Positions 1 to 10,608 of a DNA stretch of 64,000 nucleotides are shown one piece after another (the stretch's first letter is position 1; the number at the start of each line of letters is the position of its first letter). A program made the translations under genes and the position numbers. The notes under the pieces were generated by a model. The model worked only from the letters and a program-made list of their open reading frames with translations, ran no database searches and had not been told where the DNA came from. This DNA comes from a virus, in IMG/VR virus record IMGVR_UViG_3300028569_000021, positions 1 to 64,000 of that record; one strand, 5' to 3'.

Positions 1-2271
1 TGTGCTATTGCAGACTTTAATGGAACTACATGTATGCTTACCATCCCCATTGAGACTATAGAGAGAGAGGGATTACACCCAGGTTATAAAGGTATGAGTG
101 CGATGTACCCTTTGAGAAACGGGTTTGGTAGTGATTACCAGAGAGATATAGATGTAAAGAGTAATTTTGGAGTTAATATAGAAGTACCAACGTTAACTTT
201 TGAGTCCTTACTTAAAAAACACAATTTTAGTAGTTTTGATATATTAATATGTGATGCAGAGGGTTATGATTGGAATATTTTTAAGCAGCTAGACTTAAAA
301 AAATACAGACCTAAATTTATTAGATTGGAATATATAAATTTAACTGATGAGGAGAAGACACTCACACAGGAAAAATTAAGAGCTAACGGATATGTTGTAG
401 ATATAAACCAGGATATTGATGCGGTACCTGAAGAATTATGGAGTTTAATTGAAGTACCTGCCGCGTTTGCGGAAACAAATACCAAAAGAATTGATAATTT
501 AAAGCAAGAGATCTGTAATCTTACAAAAGTCGAGAGAGAAGAACTAATTAAATATATGTCTATACCTGAAATAGAAGTAACAAATAAAGATTTAACTGTG
601 GTGACAGGCTTATGGAATATAGACAGACCTGGTAGAGATTTTTCTCACTATATTGAAAATTTTAAAAAGTTTTTAGATATACCTGTAAATTTATTTATAT
701 ATGTACCTGCAGAGCTTGAATATTTGGTATGGGAGAAAAGATCTAAAGAAAATACTTTTGTTAAGATCTTTAATTTTGATGATATAAAAAATATTTATAA
801 CCCTTTTTGGGAGAGAACTCAATCAATAAGAACGTCTCCTTCTTGGTTAAATATTACTGGTGAAGGAGGTTGGCTTAAAGACAGTCCACAAGCGGCTTTA
901 GAATGGTATAACCCTATTGTACAATCAAAAATGTTTCTAGTTAATGATGTTACTATATGGAATCCATTTAATACTGAATATTTTGTATGGCTTGATGCAG
1001 GAATAACTAATACTGTTTATGAAAAGTTTTTTACTGATAATAGAGTATTGGATAAAATTCAACCGTATTTAGATTCTTTTTTATTTTTAAGTTACCCTTA
1101 TCAAGCACAAGATGAAATACACGGTTTTGAATTTAAGACAATGAACCGTTATGCTGGTGAGGAGGTAAAGTATGTCTGCCGTGGAGGACTCTTTGGAGGT
1201 AAGAAGAGTGATATTAATAATGCTAATGCTCTATACTACTCTCTTTTAGATAGATCCTTAAGTGATGGTGTAATGGGCACAGAAGAAAGCATTTTTACTA
1301 TTATGTCTTATGTTGAGCCAGAAAAATATAGAAGATATGCTCTAGATGAAAATGGTCTTGTAGTAAAATTTGTACAAGAATTAATTGATGATAAGGTAGT
1401 ACTAGAGCCAATACCTGAGAGTAGAGTTAGATTTATCGAGCCATGTTTAAATACTAGTAAGATTAAAACTTCTCTCTATATGCTGACATTTAACTTCCCT
1501 GAACAGGTAAGATATACGTTAGAAAAATACAAGCAGCATCCAGGATTTTTAGATAGAACGAGAAAGATCTTAATAGACAATTCTAATAACGAAGAAGCTA
1601 TAGCAGGTAATAAGCAAATATGTGAGGAGTATGATTTTGAACATATTATTACAGGAGAAAATTTAGGTATTAATAGAGGTAGATTTAAAGCTGCAGAACA
1701 TTTCGATAAGTCAGATAGTGATTATTATATATTTTTAGAAGATGATATGGGTGTTTACTCTCCTGATAATAAAGAGTTTTGCAGAAACGGCTTTAGAAAG
1801 TTTGTACCAGATCTTTATGAAAAGATTCATAAAATTATGTTAAAAGAAGAATTTGATTTTCTTAAGCTTACTTTTACTGAGGTATATATGGATAATCATT
1901 TGCAAGTCTCTTGGTATAATGTGCCTCAAAGTGTGAGAACTGAAATATGGCCACATTATGATAAATTACCTATTCAGGGTCTAGATTTAAACTGTCCAAG
2001 AACTGAATTTAACAAAATTGATGTACTTGATGAATTGGCTTACGCCGCGGGACAAGTATATTACGCTAATTGGCCCATGATTGTAGGAAAAGAAGGTAAT
2101 AAAAAAATGTTTTTAGATACCACATGGGCTAATCCCTTTGAACAAACATGGATGAGTCACATGTTCCAAGAAGCTAGAAAAGGTAATTTAAAACCTGCCA
2201 TACTTCTGGCCAGTCCAATAGAACATAATAGAATAGTATATTATAAACCTGAAGAAAGAAGAGAAAATTAA
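1..2271 (+). CDS. Multi-domain glycan-modifying protein: FkbM-like methyltransferase + HtrL/YibB-like domain + GT2-like glycosyltransferase (5'-truncated by window edge)
   Basis: Frame is open from base 1 (CAIADFNGTTCM...). FkbM motif 'DILICDAEGYDWNIF...PKFIRLE'; HtrL/YibB-like 'TVVTGLWNI...WNPFNTEYFVWLDAG'; GT-A-like 'ILIDNS...NLGINRGR...YYIFLEDD'. Confidence 0.7.
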   Translation, partial: CAIADFNGTTCMLTIPIETIEREGLHPGYKGMSAMYPLRNGFGSDYQRDIDVKSNFGVNIEVPTLTFESLLKKHNFSSFDILICDAEGYDWNIFKQLDLKKYRPKFIRLEYINLTDEEKTLTQEKLRANGYVVDINQDIDAVPEELWSLIEVPAAFAETNTKRIDNLKQEICNLTKVEREELIKYMSIPEIEVTNKDLTVVTGLWNIDRPGRDFSHYIENFKKFLDIPVNLFIYVPAELEYLVWEKRSKENTFVKIFNFDDIKNIYNPFWERTQSIRTSPSWLNITGEGGWLKDSPQAALEWYNPIVQSKMFLVNDVTIWNPFNTEYFVWLDAGITNTVYEKFFTDNRVLDKIQPYLDSFLFLSYPYQAQDEIHGFEFKTMNRYAGEEVKYVCRGGLFGGKKSDINNANALYYSLLDRSLSDGVMGTEESIFTIMSYVEPEKYRRYALDENGLVVKFVQELIDDKVVLEPIPESRVRFIEPCLNTSKIKTSLYMLTFNFPEQVRYTLEKYKQHPGFLDRTRKILIDNSNNEEAIAGNKQICEEYDFEHIITGENLGINRGRFKAAEHFDKSDSDYYIFLEDDMGVYSPDNKEFCRNGFRKFVPDLYEKIHKIMLKEEFDFLKLTFTEVYMDNHLQVSWYNVPQSVRTEIWPHYDKLPIQGLDLNCPRTEFNKIDVLDELAYAAGQVYYANWPMIVGKEGNKKMFLDTTWANPFEQTWMSHMFQEARKGNLKPAILLASPIEHNRIVYYKPEERREN

Positions 2272-4193
2272 GGACAGGTGCTACCAAAAGCTAAGTCCGT
2301 AGAATTGTTCATATAATATAAACTGCTATTATAGGTAATACCTGAAAGAGCGACTTGTATATTCTTAGCGTAGCAGTTACCTAGATATTTTGCGAAGTTA
2401 GATTGATTAGCGGAATCCACTACTATGTAGTTAGCTGGATATTTAGATAATGTGAGATTACCTCCTCCACTAAGTGTGTACATTCTAGTGTTGTTGTATA
2501 ATCCTCCACCTGTATAAATATCGTCATGTCCGCTTATTGCTCCTACTATACAATTTTGTATTAGCAGAGATTTAGCGCTAAGAGGTGTTAAAGTAGGTCT
2601 ATCTTCTAGTAGGGTAGCTAAAATACCTGCAACTTGTGGACCTGCCATAGAAGTTCCACTGTATTTTATACAAAAGAAACTTGTACTACCAGGGTAAACC
2701 GCACCCGTGTTTGTATAATTAGAGCTCACTATCCAAGTACCAGGAGCATAAAAACTTACACCTGGACCGTAGTTTGAGTATATTGCTCTTGTATGAGGTC
2801 TTGTGCTATCATAGTCACCTAAGGCCCCTACACAAATTACAGGATTATTATCTTGACTAGACCATAGGTAATTAGGCCAACAAGGTGAATTTTCTTGACT
2901 AATATAATTTTTATTATTACTACCAACTCTATAACGATTAAAGGTAGGATCGGTAGGTACTGTTATAAATGCACTAGAATTACCTGCAGAATGTATAAAA
3001 TGCACCCCACTATCTACCAGAGATTTTACTGCAAGATTAACGTCATTAAGTACATTGTTATCATATCCGTAACTATTATTAGTAACAGTAGGTCTAAAGA
3101 CTGTTTTTAATTTTTTCCGGTTATGCCAGCTTAGTATTAAATTGTATACTTCTATTAAAGCAGGAGTAAGTGACGAATATCCCCCTAAATCATTGTCTAG
3201 ATCTATATGCATTGTATATATTCTAGCATCTGTCGCCCACCCGTACGCAGAACCTGCTACAGTTCCTGTGCAATGAGTTCCATGGCCGTTAGTATCGTTG
3301 TAAAAAAATTCATCATTAGTCTGTGTATTGTATTTTGTTCTAGTAATTACACCATTAATGTTTAAATTTCTACCGCTCCAATAATACATTACGTTTTGAG
3401 TTGTAGAAAATTCAGATCTATTTCCCCCATACACAGATAGAGTGACAGTACCTGTTGTAGCACCGTTTCTTGAAACGTATGTAGAACTAAATGGGGCGCC
3501 GATAGCAGGACCAATAAATAAGGGGTCATTAACGGTAGATCCATCAAGGTTAAAAGAATAAACTTCAGTTCTATAGGTAGTTGTACCATTACCATTAGGC
3601 TTATCAGAAACTACATATATAGTTGGATCTAATACCTCGTTCATAACATAATTATTGTAACTAAAGGAAACGGAAATATTTTTACTGGAGGTAATAGGGT
3701 AAAAGTAAGACCAGTTCTCTTTAACAAGTCTACTAACGCCATTTGTATTTAAAAACTCTGGATGATTTGGTATAATACCAGAATCAATTATTAAAACATC
3801 AACACCGCTACCTGTTTTATAGTGAGTAAAATTATTATCCCATGGTGGTAGTGCGGATATAGAATTACATCTCGACATACCCCAATTTTGATGTATGCTA
3901 TTATTAGTTGAAGAGTAGGTAGAATTTATTGTTCTTGTTACATCAAAATGACTAGCTTTTTGGTCAGTCTGTTCAGATATATTTTCTACTAGAGGATTAT
4001 TCTTTAATTCCTGTGCTTCGCTTTCAGTTAATTCTAATATTATCGTAATAGGTGAGACACCCATGTAGTCGTAAATAGGAGTAAAATCAGTAAGACTTGT
4101 ATTTTGAGGAGCTATACCAGGTGTAATTAACTCCTTTATTAATTGATCTATATTAACCTCATTTAAACTAGTTATTGAATATTTGTTTTTCAT
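2268..4193 (-). CDS. Subtilisin-like S8 serine protease, probably virion-associated
   Basis: Catalytic triad motifs IIDSG, NGHGTHCTG and GTSMAGP; oxyanion motif SAGN; N-terminal I9-like prodomain 'ELTESEAQELKNNPLV'. Confidence 0.9.
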   Translation of the reverse strand: MKNKYSITSLNEVNIDQLIKELITPGIAPQNTSLTDFTPIYDYMGVSPITIILELTESEAQELKNNPLVENISEQTDQKASHFDVTRTINSTYSSTNNSIHQNWGMSRCNSISALPPWDNNFTHYKTGSGVDVLIIDSGIIPNHPEFLNTNGVSRLVKENWSYFYPITSSKNISVSFSYNNYVMNEVLDPTIYVVSDKPNGNGTTTYRTEVYSFNLDGSTVNDPLFIGPAIGAPFSSTYVSRNGATTGTVTLSVYGGNRSEFSTTQNVMYYWSGRNLNINGVITRTKYNTQTNDEFFYNDTNGHGTHCTGTVAGSAYGWATDARIYTMHIDLDNDLGGYSSLTPALIEVYNLILSWHNRKKLKTVFRPTVTNNSYGYDNNVLNDVNLAVKSLVDSGVHFIHSAGNSSAFITVPTDPTFNRYRVGSNNKNYISQENSPCWPNYLWSSQDNNPVICVGALGDYDSTRPHTRAIYSNYGPGVSFYAPGTWIVSSNYTNTGAVYPGSTSFFCIKYSGTSMAGPQVAGILATLLEDRPTLTPLSAKSLLIQNCIVGAISGHDDIYTGGGLYNNTRMYTLSGGGNLTLSKYPANYIVVDSANQSNFAKYLGNCYAKNIQVALSGITYNSSLYYMNNSTDLAFGSTCP

Positions 4194-4194
4194 A

Positions 4195-4683
4195 TTATAA
4201 ATTTATAGTATATATAGTTCCGACTCTTGGAACTGTTTGGTTGCTAGATATACTTGGTGTAGGAGTTACACTTGGAGTCTTTGTAGGTGTTGGAGTGGGG
4301 GTCGTAGTCGGGGTAGTTGTTGGAGTAGGGGTCAGAGAAGGAGTATTTGATACAGCAATGGAAGGGGTGTTTGATACCGTCAACGTTGGAGTTATTGTTA
4401 TTGAAGGGGTATTTGTAATACTTGATTGAGACTTTGTAGGAGTTGTGGTAGGAGTTTTTGTGGGTGTTCTTCTAGGCAATAATGATGATTTTGAAGGAGT
4501 TCTTGTAGGGGTTCTTGTAGGGGTTTTTGTAGGGGGTTTTGTGGGTAATAAACTAACTATTGGTAACAATGAGGATTTCGAAGGAGTCTTTGAAGGAGTT
4601 CTTGTAGGAGTCTTAGTTGGGGTCCTTGTAGGCGTTTTTTTAGGCGTCTTGGTAGGAGTCATTGTAGGAGTCGGCCTTCTCAT
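4195..4683 (-). CDS. Low-complexity Thr/Pro/Lys-repeat (mucin-like) protein
   Basis: Almost entirely TP(T/S)(K/R) repeats. Abuts neighbouring genes on the same strand and has TAAATA upstream. Confidence 0.6.
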   Translation of the reverse strand: MRRPTPTMTPTKTPKKTPTRTPTKTPTRTPSKTPSKSSLLPIVSLLPTKPPTKTPTRTPTRTPSKSSLLPRRTPTKTPTTTPTKSQSSITNTPSITITPTLTVSNTPSIAVSNTPSLTPTPTTTPTTTPTPTPTKTPSVTPTPSISSNQTVPRVGTIYTINL

Positions 4684-4687
4684 TATG

Positions 4688-7600
4688 TTACTTATTATTT
4701 ATTAATTTTAAGTTATTATACATTGAAGATGATAGTATTTCTTCCATTCCCCCACCAAATTTTACCCACTCATTATATGTACTTGTATGAGGGCTGAAGG
4801 TAGTTAATTCATCATTAAAATCTATTAAACCATCATAAAGCTCTATATTTTTAGTTGGATTAAAATTAAAAAATTTATAGTAATTGTTTATCTCAACATA
4901 AGAATCATCTTTTTTACCTAACACTAGTCCCCATCCCCATTTATTTTTAACAGCAGATAAAGGGTATAATGTAAAAGGCTTCATATCTATTTCTGGTACA
5001 AGAGTATTTCTTATCAAATGATATTTCTTTGTAAAATAATCATAAGAAACTATAGGTTTACCTGTTATAAAGCTTCCTGTTTTTATATCTATCTCTTCGC
5101 CTAAATTAGAATACGGGCTGTACTCAAAAGTAGAGAGTATAAAATTATTGCTAAAGTTATTAACATTACCAAACAAAATGCATTTTTTGATAGATAATAA
5201 ATCTATTGTTCTTAAAAGATTAGGTGGAAAAATATTGGCAAAAGTTTCTTTGTTTTCCCCTAACATTTCATAAAGAGAATCTAAGCTTTTAATATTACAT
5301 TTATCTATATCAGAAGTATTATTTGTAAAGTTAGCTATTTTTTCATAAATTACTTTACCTAATTCATTTAAGCTATTGGTATTACCGTTTAATATAGGTG
5401 TAAAAAAATTATTAAATAAATTATTATTATTATAAAAAGGCTCCTGTAAAACATAACCTCTAAAGGTAGAAGCAATATCATAATTTTCATTTTTCTTAAC
5501 TATTACAGGTGTATAATCCTTTACACTAAAAAGATTACTTTTACCTGTTATTATTCTAGGTGTTGTATTTTCTTTAACTCTGTTTTTTAAATACCATCTT
5601 ACTCCAGCAATATCCCCTATTGTGTTATAATAGCTTCTATAATTATACTCAGCGTTTACCTCATCTATACCTTGCAATATTACGAAAGGCATTTGTTCTT
5701 CATCAATTTGTTTAGGATCATAGGCATTAAAGTAATTAAGAACCCCGTTAGAGTTATTTGCAATTAAAATATTACCATCTAAATCACCTGCAAAAGCTCC
5801 AAAATCTTGAACATAGTCTGTTGTACTTTGAGGGCTACCTATTACTATGTTAATTTTTTCTTGATCAGGAGTAACTCTACTAATAATATTATTCTCACTA
5901 TTAACCCACACATTACCACCACTATCCATAGTAATTTCTCCAAGAAAAGAAAACTCCATAACAAACGACTTTTCAATATTTTGAAAATTATAATAATATA
6001 GGTAATCTACCCTATCAATTATATTTTGAGTTTGAGGATTATCTATAGCATAAACAGGACTGTTATTAAAAGTCTGAACCCATAAGTTATTATCGCCATC
6101 AATTAATATATTTTTTGCTATATTAGGAAAAGGAAAAAATATAGTATCTAAGACTTCACCAGCATCACTGTATTTAGATACAAAACTACAGAGAGGATGG
6201 GTATAGGAAATGTATACATTGTCATCCTTATCTACATCGACACTTGTTGGTAGAATAGTATTTTCTCCTGCAAACCCACTAGTACTGGTCAGTAAGGAAG
6301 AATAGGTTAAATTAGTTAAAAATCTATTTTGAAAATCTGGAAAAACGTACGATTTTGCAACACCTGTAGTTTTATCTAACTTAAAAGAAGTTATGCAATC
6401 ATATAAGGTCACCCATGCATCACCGTTACTGTTGACTGCAATGTTACAAGGAGCTGCGCTTTTATTATCTGTAAATTTTCTTATATTAATTGTTTTTATA
6501 GAAGGTGTAACATCTCGACTCAGCAAACGAAGCTTCTGTAAATTTATATCTGGGCAAATCTTTTCACCGTCTTCATCGAAAACATATATATAATCTCTGT
6601 CACTCTCAGTAACCCATACATAACTACCTGAAAGTGGGTTAACCATATAACCTGGTACATACGTAATATTTACACCACCGCTTACAGGTGCTGTGATAGT
6701 GCCTCTTTCACTCGTTATAGATATCTCAAAATTTTCGCTATCTTTAAAAAAACCGTACTTAGGTAGTCTTTTTATTCTTCTAAATTTCTCTAAACCAGGT
6801 TGCATTAAAAAACAGTAACCTTTACTTGGAATATTTTTAGATAAATCTTGAATAAGTGCTATTGCTGAAAGAACGACAGAACTAGAAGTTTCATAACACT
6901 CTAAAATACCTGCAAAATAACTTCCACTTTCATTATATACAGGTACTGCGGAATTTTGAGTAAATTTAACATTCTCTAATTCTTGGGTAAATCCATCTTC
7001 AAAAACTTCCACTAAAGATAATTGTACATCATTAATTTTTAAGTCACCACCTTCCTTTAAATTTAACATAGGATAACATTTCGTTGTAAACCCGTCAGAG
7101 TCTTTTAAAGTGAGTATAAAGGGTATTTTTGAGTTAGTATATTTTAATGGATATAAATCAAAAGTATATAATTTTTGTGCGGATAATGTACCTTGATCTA
7201 TTAAACCTTCTATCGTTATACCGTTTGAAGTTACGGACAATGAGCTAGCACTATTAAAGATAGACTTTAAGAGCTGGGTAGAATAAGTAGTATTTACAAA
7301 ACCATAAGGTTCTCTTGAATTATAATTATAAGTTTTGTAATTAACATCCTTATATATCTTTGAATCAATTGAAGCATAAATTAAAATTACGCTTTCTGCC
7401 TCTCTTTTGGACGGTCTTTGGTCAATAAAATGAAGAGTTCTATCCTCTTTTATTTGACCCGAGGTCCCGCAAAAAACCGTACCTTCTTCAGGTTGACTAG
7501 AAAAACTTAACCTAACATCCCATATACCGTTAAAATTACCTGTATTAATTTTTTTTGCATAAACACTAGTACTAGTTGTTTCTGTTGAGTCTACTAACCT

Positions 7601-8203
7601 TTCAGTGAGAACATTATCTACGGTTACACTTCTTTCTATAAAGCCAAAATAGGTTCTTAGGTGAGACCATTGAGAGGTATAATAAGAACTAACAGATATA
7701 AAAGTACTGTTGCTACCTGAAGCATATAAATTTACAGTATAATTATTTCCATTTAATAAATCATTATATTGCCAGCTATTGTATCTTAAAATTTTAAGTG
7801 GTGGGGACTTTTTACCTGCATCTAGGGGGTATAGTGCATTAAAATTTTCTATACCCCCTATAGTAACCTTATCTGGTATTGCATTGTATACTTCAAGTAA
7901 ATTTTCAGAGTATACTGTATGTACGTTTCCTTCAACGTCATAAATTTTTGCAGATACACTATACGTACCAGGCCATTTATAATAATGTTCCGCTTCCGGT
8001 CCAGTATAAAACTCACCATCTCCAAAATTCCAAAAAATATTATTATTACTAAATTGCTGTTTGGTTTCTTCTGTAACAGAAGGTTCCCATACTAGTCTAA
8101 AATAAAAAGGAGTATTTTCTAGAGCATAGCTATAAAAACTTTGATATGCTTTACTTTCTTTATAGGTAGTGGTCCGAACTTTTAAACCTGTTAAAACTTT
8201 CAT
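4688..8203 (-). CDS. Large baseplate/virion protein with N-terminal PKD domain and beta-propeller-like region
   Basis: PKD motif 'WNFGDG...HYYKWPGTYSVS'; NHL-like repeats (IAVNSNGDAWV, VDVDKDDNVYI, IDGDNNLWV, MDSGGNVWV); directly downstream of gp6. Confidence 0.65.
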   Translation of the reverse strand: MKVLTGLKVRTTTYKESKAYQSFYSYALENTPFYFRLVWEPSVTEETKQQFSNNNIFWNFGDGEFYTGPEAEHYYKWPGTYSVSAKIYDVEGNVHTVYSENLLEVYNAIPDKVTIGGIENFNALYPLDAGKKSPPLKILRYNSWQYNDLLNGNNYTVNLYASGSNSTFISVSSYYTSQWSHLRTYFGFIERSVTVDNVLTERLVDSTETTSTSVYAKKINTGNFNGIWDVRLSFSSQPEEGTVFCGTSGQIKEDRTLHFIDQRPSKREAESVILIYASIDSKIYKDVNYKTYNYNSREPYGFVNTTYSTQLLKSIFNSASSLSVTSNGITIEGLIDQGTLSAQKLYTFDLYPLKYTNSKIPFILTLKDSDGFTTKCYPMLNLKEGGDLKINDVQLSLVEVFEDGFTQELENVKFTQNSAVPVYNESGSYFAGILECYETSSSVVLSAIALIQDLSKNIPSKGYCFLMQPGLEKFRRIKRLPKYGFFKDSENFEISITSERGTITAPVSGGVNITYVPGYMVNPLSGSYVWVTESDRDYIYVFDEDGEKICPDINLQKLRLLSRDVTPSIKTINIRKFTDNKSAAPCNIAVNSNGDAWVTLYDCITSFKLDKTTGVAKSYVFPDFQNRFLTNLTYSSLLTSTSGFAGENTILPTSVDVDKDDNVYISYTHPLCSFVSKYSDAGEVLDTIFFPFPNIAKNILIDGDNNLWVQTFNNSPVYAIDNPQTQNIIDRVDYLYYYNFQNIEKSFVMEFSFLGEITMDSGGNVWVNSENNIISRVTPDQEKINIVIGSPQSTTDYVQDFGAFAGDLDGNILIANNSNGVLNYFNAYDPKQIDEEQMPFVILQGIDEVNAEYNYRSYYNTIGDIAGVRWYLKNRVKENTTPRIITGKSNLFSVKDYTPVIVKKNENYDIASTFRGYVLQEPFYNNNNLFNNFFTPILNGNTNSLNELGKVIYEKIANFTNNTSDIDKCNIKSLDSLYEMLGENKETFANIFPPNLLRTIDLLSIKKCILFGNVNNFSNNFILSTFEYSPYSNLGEEIDIKTGSFITGKPIVSYDYFTKKYHLIRNTLVPEIDMKPFTLYPLSAVKNKWGWGLVLGKKDDSYVEINNYYKFFNFNPTKNIELYDGLIDFNDELTTFSPHTSTYNEWVKFGGGMEEILSSSMYNNLKLINNK

Positions 8204-8205
8204 TT

Positions 8206-10071
8206 TTAATATTCTCTCTTACTTGCAAGTAGTAATTCAGGTGTGATTATTTTTATTTGAGAAACAATATCTACTTTGTTATACCAAAAAGGTACTTTAT
8301 AAAAAGGTAGGGTTATAGTTTGATTATGTAAATTTATATCTTCCTGTGGTGCACTATAAACAGGATTATATCCTAATAACGATAATCCTGGTACAATAAT
8401 ATTATTTCTCTCAGTATAAACACTCTCTATACTACCTAAAGCATATATATCTTGAACTACCTTATCAATCTCTATACTGCCACCTAAAGTTGCATTAGAT
8501 ATAGAAAAATAACTTAAAATAATACTTTCAATTTTCTTTTTAATTTCACTGTCTGAAATACTTGAATTAGTAGATTTTATTATTATTAAATTAGTTTCGT
8601 TTGATATTTCTGGGTAAAGTTCTTTATTAAATATTTCTTCTTGACTTGCAGCTCCAAAACCTAATGCATAATAAACAGGATCCTGTAAAACAGGTTCTAC
8701 AGTAGACATTTTTAAATTTTCAACTTTATCAAGTACTAGATTTTTTAGACCTAAGCTTAAAAAACATCTACTAAAATTAAATTCATTACTTTGTAAAATT
8801 TTAGGTATACAATAAATGTACAAATTATTAAAATTGCAACTATCAGCAAAATTAACTTGATTATAAAGAACCCTACTATCTAGACTAGGTTGCTTTAATC
8901 CAATATTATAAAGATATCTGATATGCTCTTCAATATATTCCCAGTTATTAACCACCTTAACATCACTTATATAGCCACCGAAATTTGTTTCTACAAAAAA
9001 TTCAAAATCTTTTACAGTAACTAATCTACCTTGTTGTTTGAAAAAATTAGGTGCATTTTGTTTTATTTGCTTAGTTGTTTCTATGTCTGAATAAGGAACG
9101 GATGCATTTACATTAACAAAAGTAATATTATTTGCTTCTTCAGTCGTTATTAATTTGAGCTGAGAACCTCTAATATCACTCATTATAACATTATATTGAT
9201 CAGTATTATAAAAAAATAATTGACTGTCGTCAAGAGTACCAGGTCCTACCTCTCCTGTAATCTTATTGCTCTTTAAATAATATATTGCTACCAAATTTCC
9301 AGTATTTAATTTTTTACCATACACATTGTTACCAACCTTAATAGCGTACCTTTGATTTTCATTTAATCTGACCTCATACACTTTAGAACTACCCTCTTCA
9401 AGAAATATTGTTTCTACTCTCTTCCACTCTTCCCAAACCCCTCTATCACTTCTCACAAAGACTAAAATGTTATTACAATCTATAGGATCGTTCTCACCGT
9501 CATTGTTTACTGATACAATATTAAATTCTTCAAAAAAATCTCCTGTTGAGACATAAAGAGGATACTCAATATACTCTCCTTGAAATAGTAAAGAGTAGTC
9601 ACTCAATTCTGTTAAAAACTCTACTTCGTTAGTTGACTTAATAAAAGTAAGATCAGTAGTAAAAGAATAATAGATGTCATTTATTGTAAAGTAAGAAAAT
9701 CTAGGTATAGTATAAACCCCAGGCTCAAGAAATTCATTTGCTGTTGCCTTGAAGTCTAAAATAGAAGTCTGAATACCTTGAGGTTTATAATTTAATATTT
9801 TAACAATTTTATTCATGTTCTCATAAATTTGAGAACTACTAAATAGACTTTCACTGCTTGTCTGGTTTAGATAAAACATTAATACATTGTACATGTAAGC
9901 TACTACATCGAGTAAATTATTAAAATTGCTACCTTCAAAAATTTGATCCGTAAAAGTACCATTTTCAGCCAATCTTTGCTGCATCAAAGTCTTTAAATTC
10001 GAAGCATCAAAAGCAGCATAAGAATTATAGGATAACGGAAAGTCTTGTGAAGTTGGTTTAAGTTCGTTCAT
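8206..10071 (-). CDS. gp6: Baseplate wedge subunit (T4 gp6-like)
   Basis: 'FTDQIFEGSNFNNLLDVVAY...ESLFSSSQ', 'GNNVYGKK' and 'APNFFKQQGRLVTVKDF' motifs; follows gp25. Confidence 0.85.
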   Translation of the reverse strand: MNELKPTSQDFPLSYNSYAAFDASNLKTLMQQRLAENGTFTDQIFEGSNFNNLLDVVAYMYNVLMFYLNQTSSESLFSSSQIYENMNKIVKILNYKPQGIQTSILDFKATANEFLEPGVYTIPRFSYFTINDIYYSFTTDLTFIKSTNEVEFLTELSDYSLLFQGEYIEYPLYVSTGDFFEEFNIVSVNNDGENDPIDCNNILVFVRSDRGVWEEWKRVETIFLEEGSSKVYEVRLNENQRYAIKVGNNVYGKKLNTGNLVAIYYLKSNKITGEVGPGTLDDSQLFFYNTDQYNVIMSDIRGSQLKLITTEEANNITFVNVNASVPYSDIETTKQIKQNAPNFFKQQGRLVTVKDFEFFVETNFGGYISDVKVVNNWEYIEEHIRYLYNIGLKQPSLDSRVLYNQVNFADSCNFNNLYIYCIPKILQSNEFNFSRCFLSLGLKNLVLDKVENLKMSTVEPVLQDPVYYALGFGAASQEEIFNKELYPEISNETNLIIIKSTNSSISDSEIKKKIESIILSYFSISNATLGGSIEIDKVVQDIYALGSIESVYTERNNIIVPGLSLLGYNPVYSAPQEDINLHNQTITLPFYKVPFWYNKVDIVSQIKIITPELLLASKREY

Positions 10072-10074
10072 ATG

Positions 10075-10548
10075 TTAGTTTAAGTAAAAGCCAGAATCTG
10101 ATAATTTGCCTTTAATTGATACACCTATTATATTTAAGGAAGGTACATCTATTCTTAATGCTATTTCATAATTTTGATTTTCTATATCTGGAAATATATA
10201 GACTTTTTTGACTGTTACTCTAGGCTCAAATTTTGATATACCTTTAAAAATCAAATCACCTAACATTCTGGCACCTGTTTCTGTAATACCGTTAAAGACA
10301 AATTGTAATAAATTTAAACCATATACCGGGTTAAGAATCTTTTGACCTGGCATAGTTGTAAAGAGATTAAAGATACTGTTTTTTACTGCCTCTATATCAT
10401 ATGATACAGTTATATCTCTAACAGTCTTCTTACTATTTACAGTTGGCTCTCTTGTATAATCTAACTTTAAATCTAGATTTAGATCAGTATAAATTGCTTT
10501 ATTTTTGTTATCTGTTATTTTTAATGTATCTATTACTACAGAAGCCAT
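10075..10548 (-). CDS. gp25: Baseplate wedge subunit (T4 gp25-like)
   Basis: 'YTDLNLD...DIEAVKNSIFNLFTTMPGQKILNPVYG...FEPRV' is the gp25 signature. Confidence 0.9.
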   Translation of the reverse strand: MASVVIDTLKITDNKNKAIYTDLNLDLKLDYTREPTVNSKKTVRDITVSYDIEAVKNSIFNLFTTMPGQKILNPVYGLNLLQFVFNGITETGARMLGDLIFKGISKFEPRVTVKKVYIFPDIENQNYEIALRIDVPSLNIIGVSIKGKLSDSGFYLN

Positions 10549-10553
10549 GAAAT

Positions 10554-10603
10554 TATTTATGAGTATGTCTTTTTTTATGTAATAAAGACAATAAATATAA
10601 ATA
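10554..10603. promoter_or_regulatory. Divergent pair of T4-type late promoters (TAAATA on - at 10554-10559; TATAAATA on + at 10596-10603)
   Basis: Each motif lies 5 nt before the start codon of its gene (10548 on -, 10609 on +). A gp55 sigma factor is encoded in the window. Confidence 0.75.
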
Positions 10604-10608
10604 ACTAT

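Noticed and set aside
4230-4680. Short tandem repeats as a possible CRISPR array (also 59920-60200)
   Set aside because: 12-nt-period degenerate coding repeats with no unique spacers, and no cas genes.
4175-4705. Plus-strand Val/Gly-rich ORFs (4175-4429, 4445-4705), and likewise 59876-60175 on minus
   Set aside because: Antisense shadows of Thr-Pro repeat coding sequence; no independent promoter or start context.
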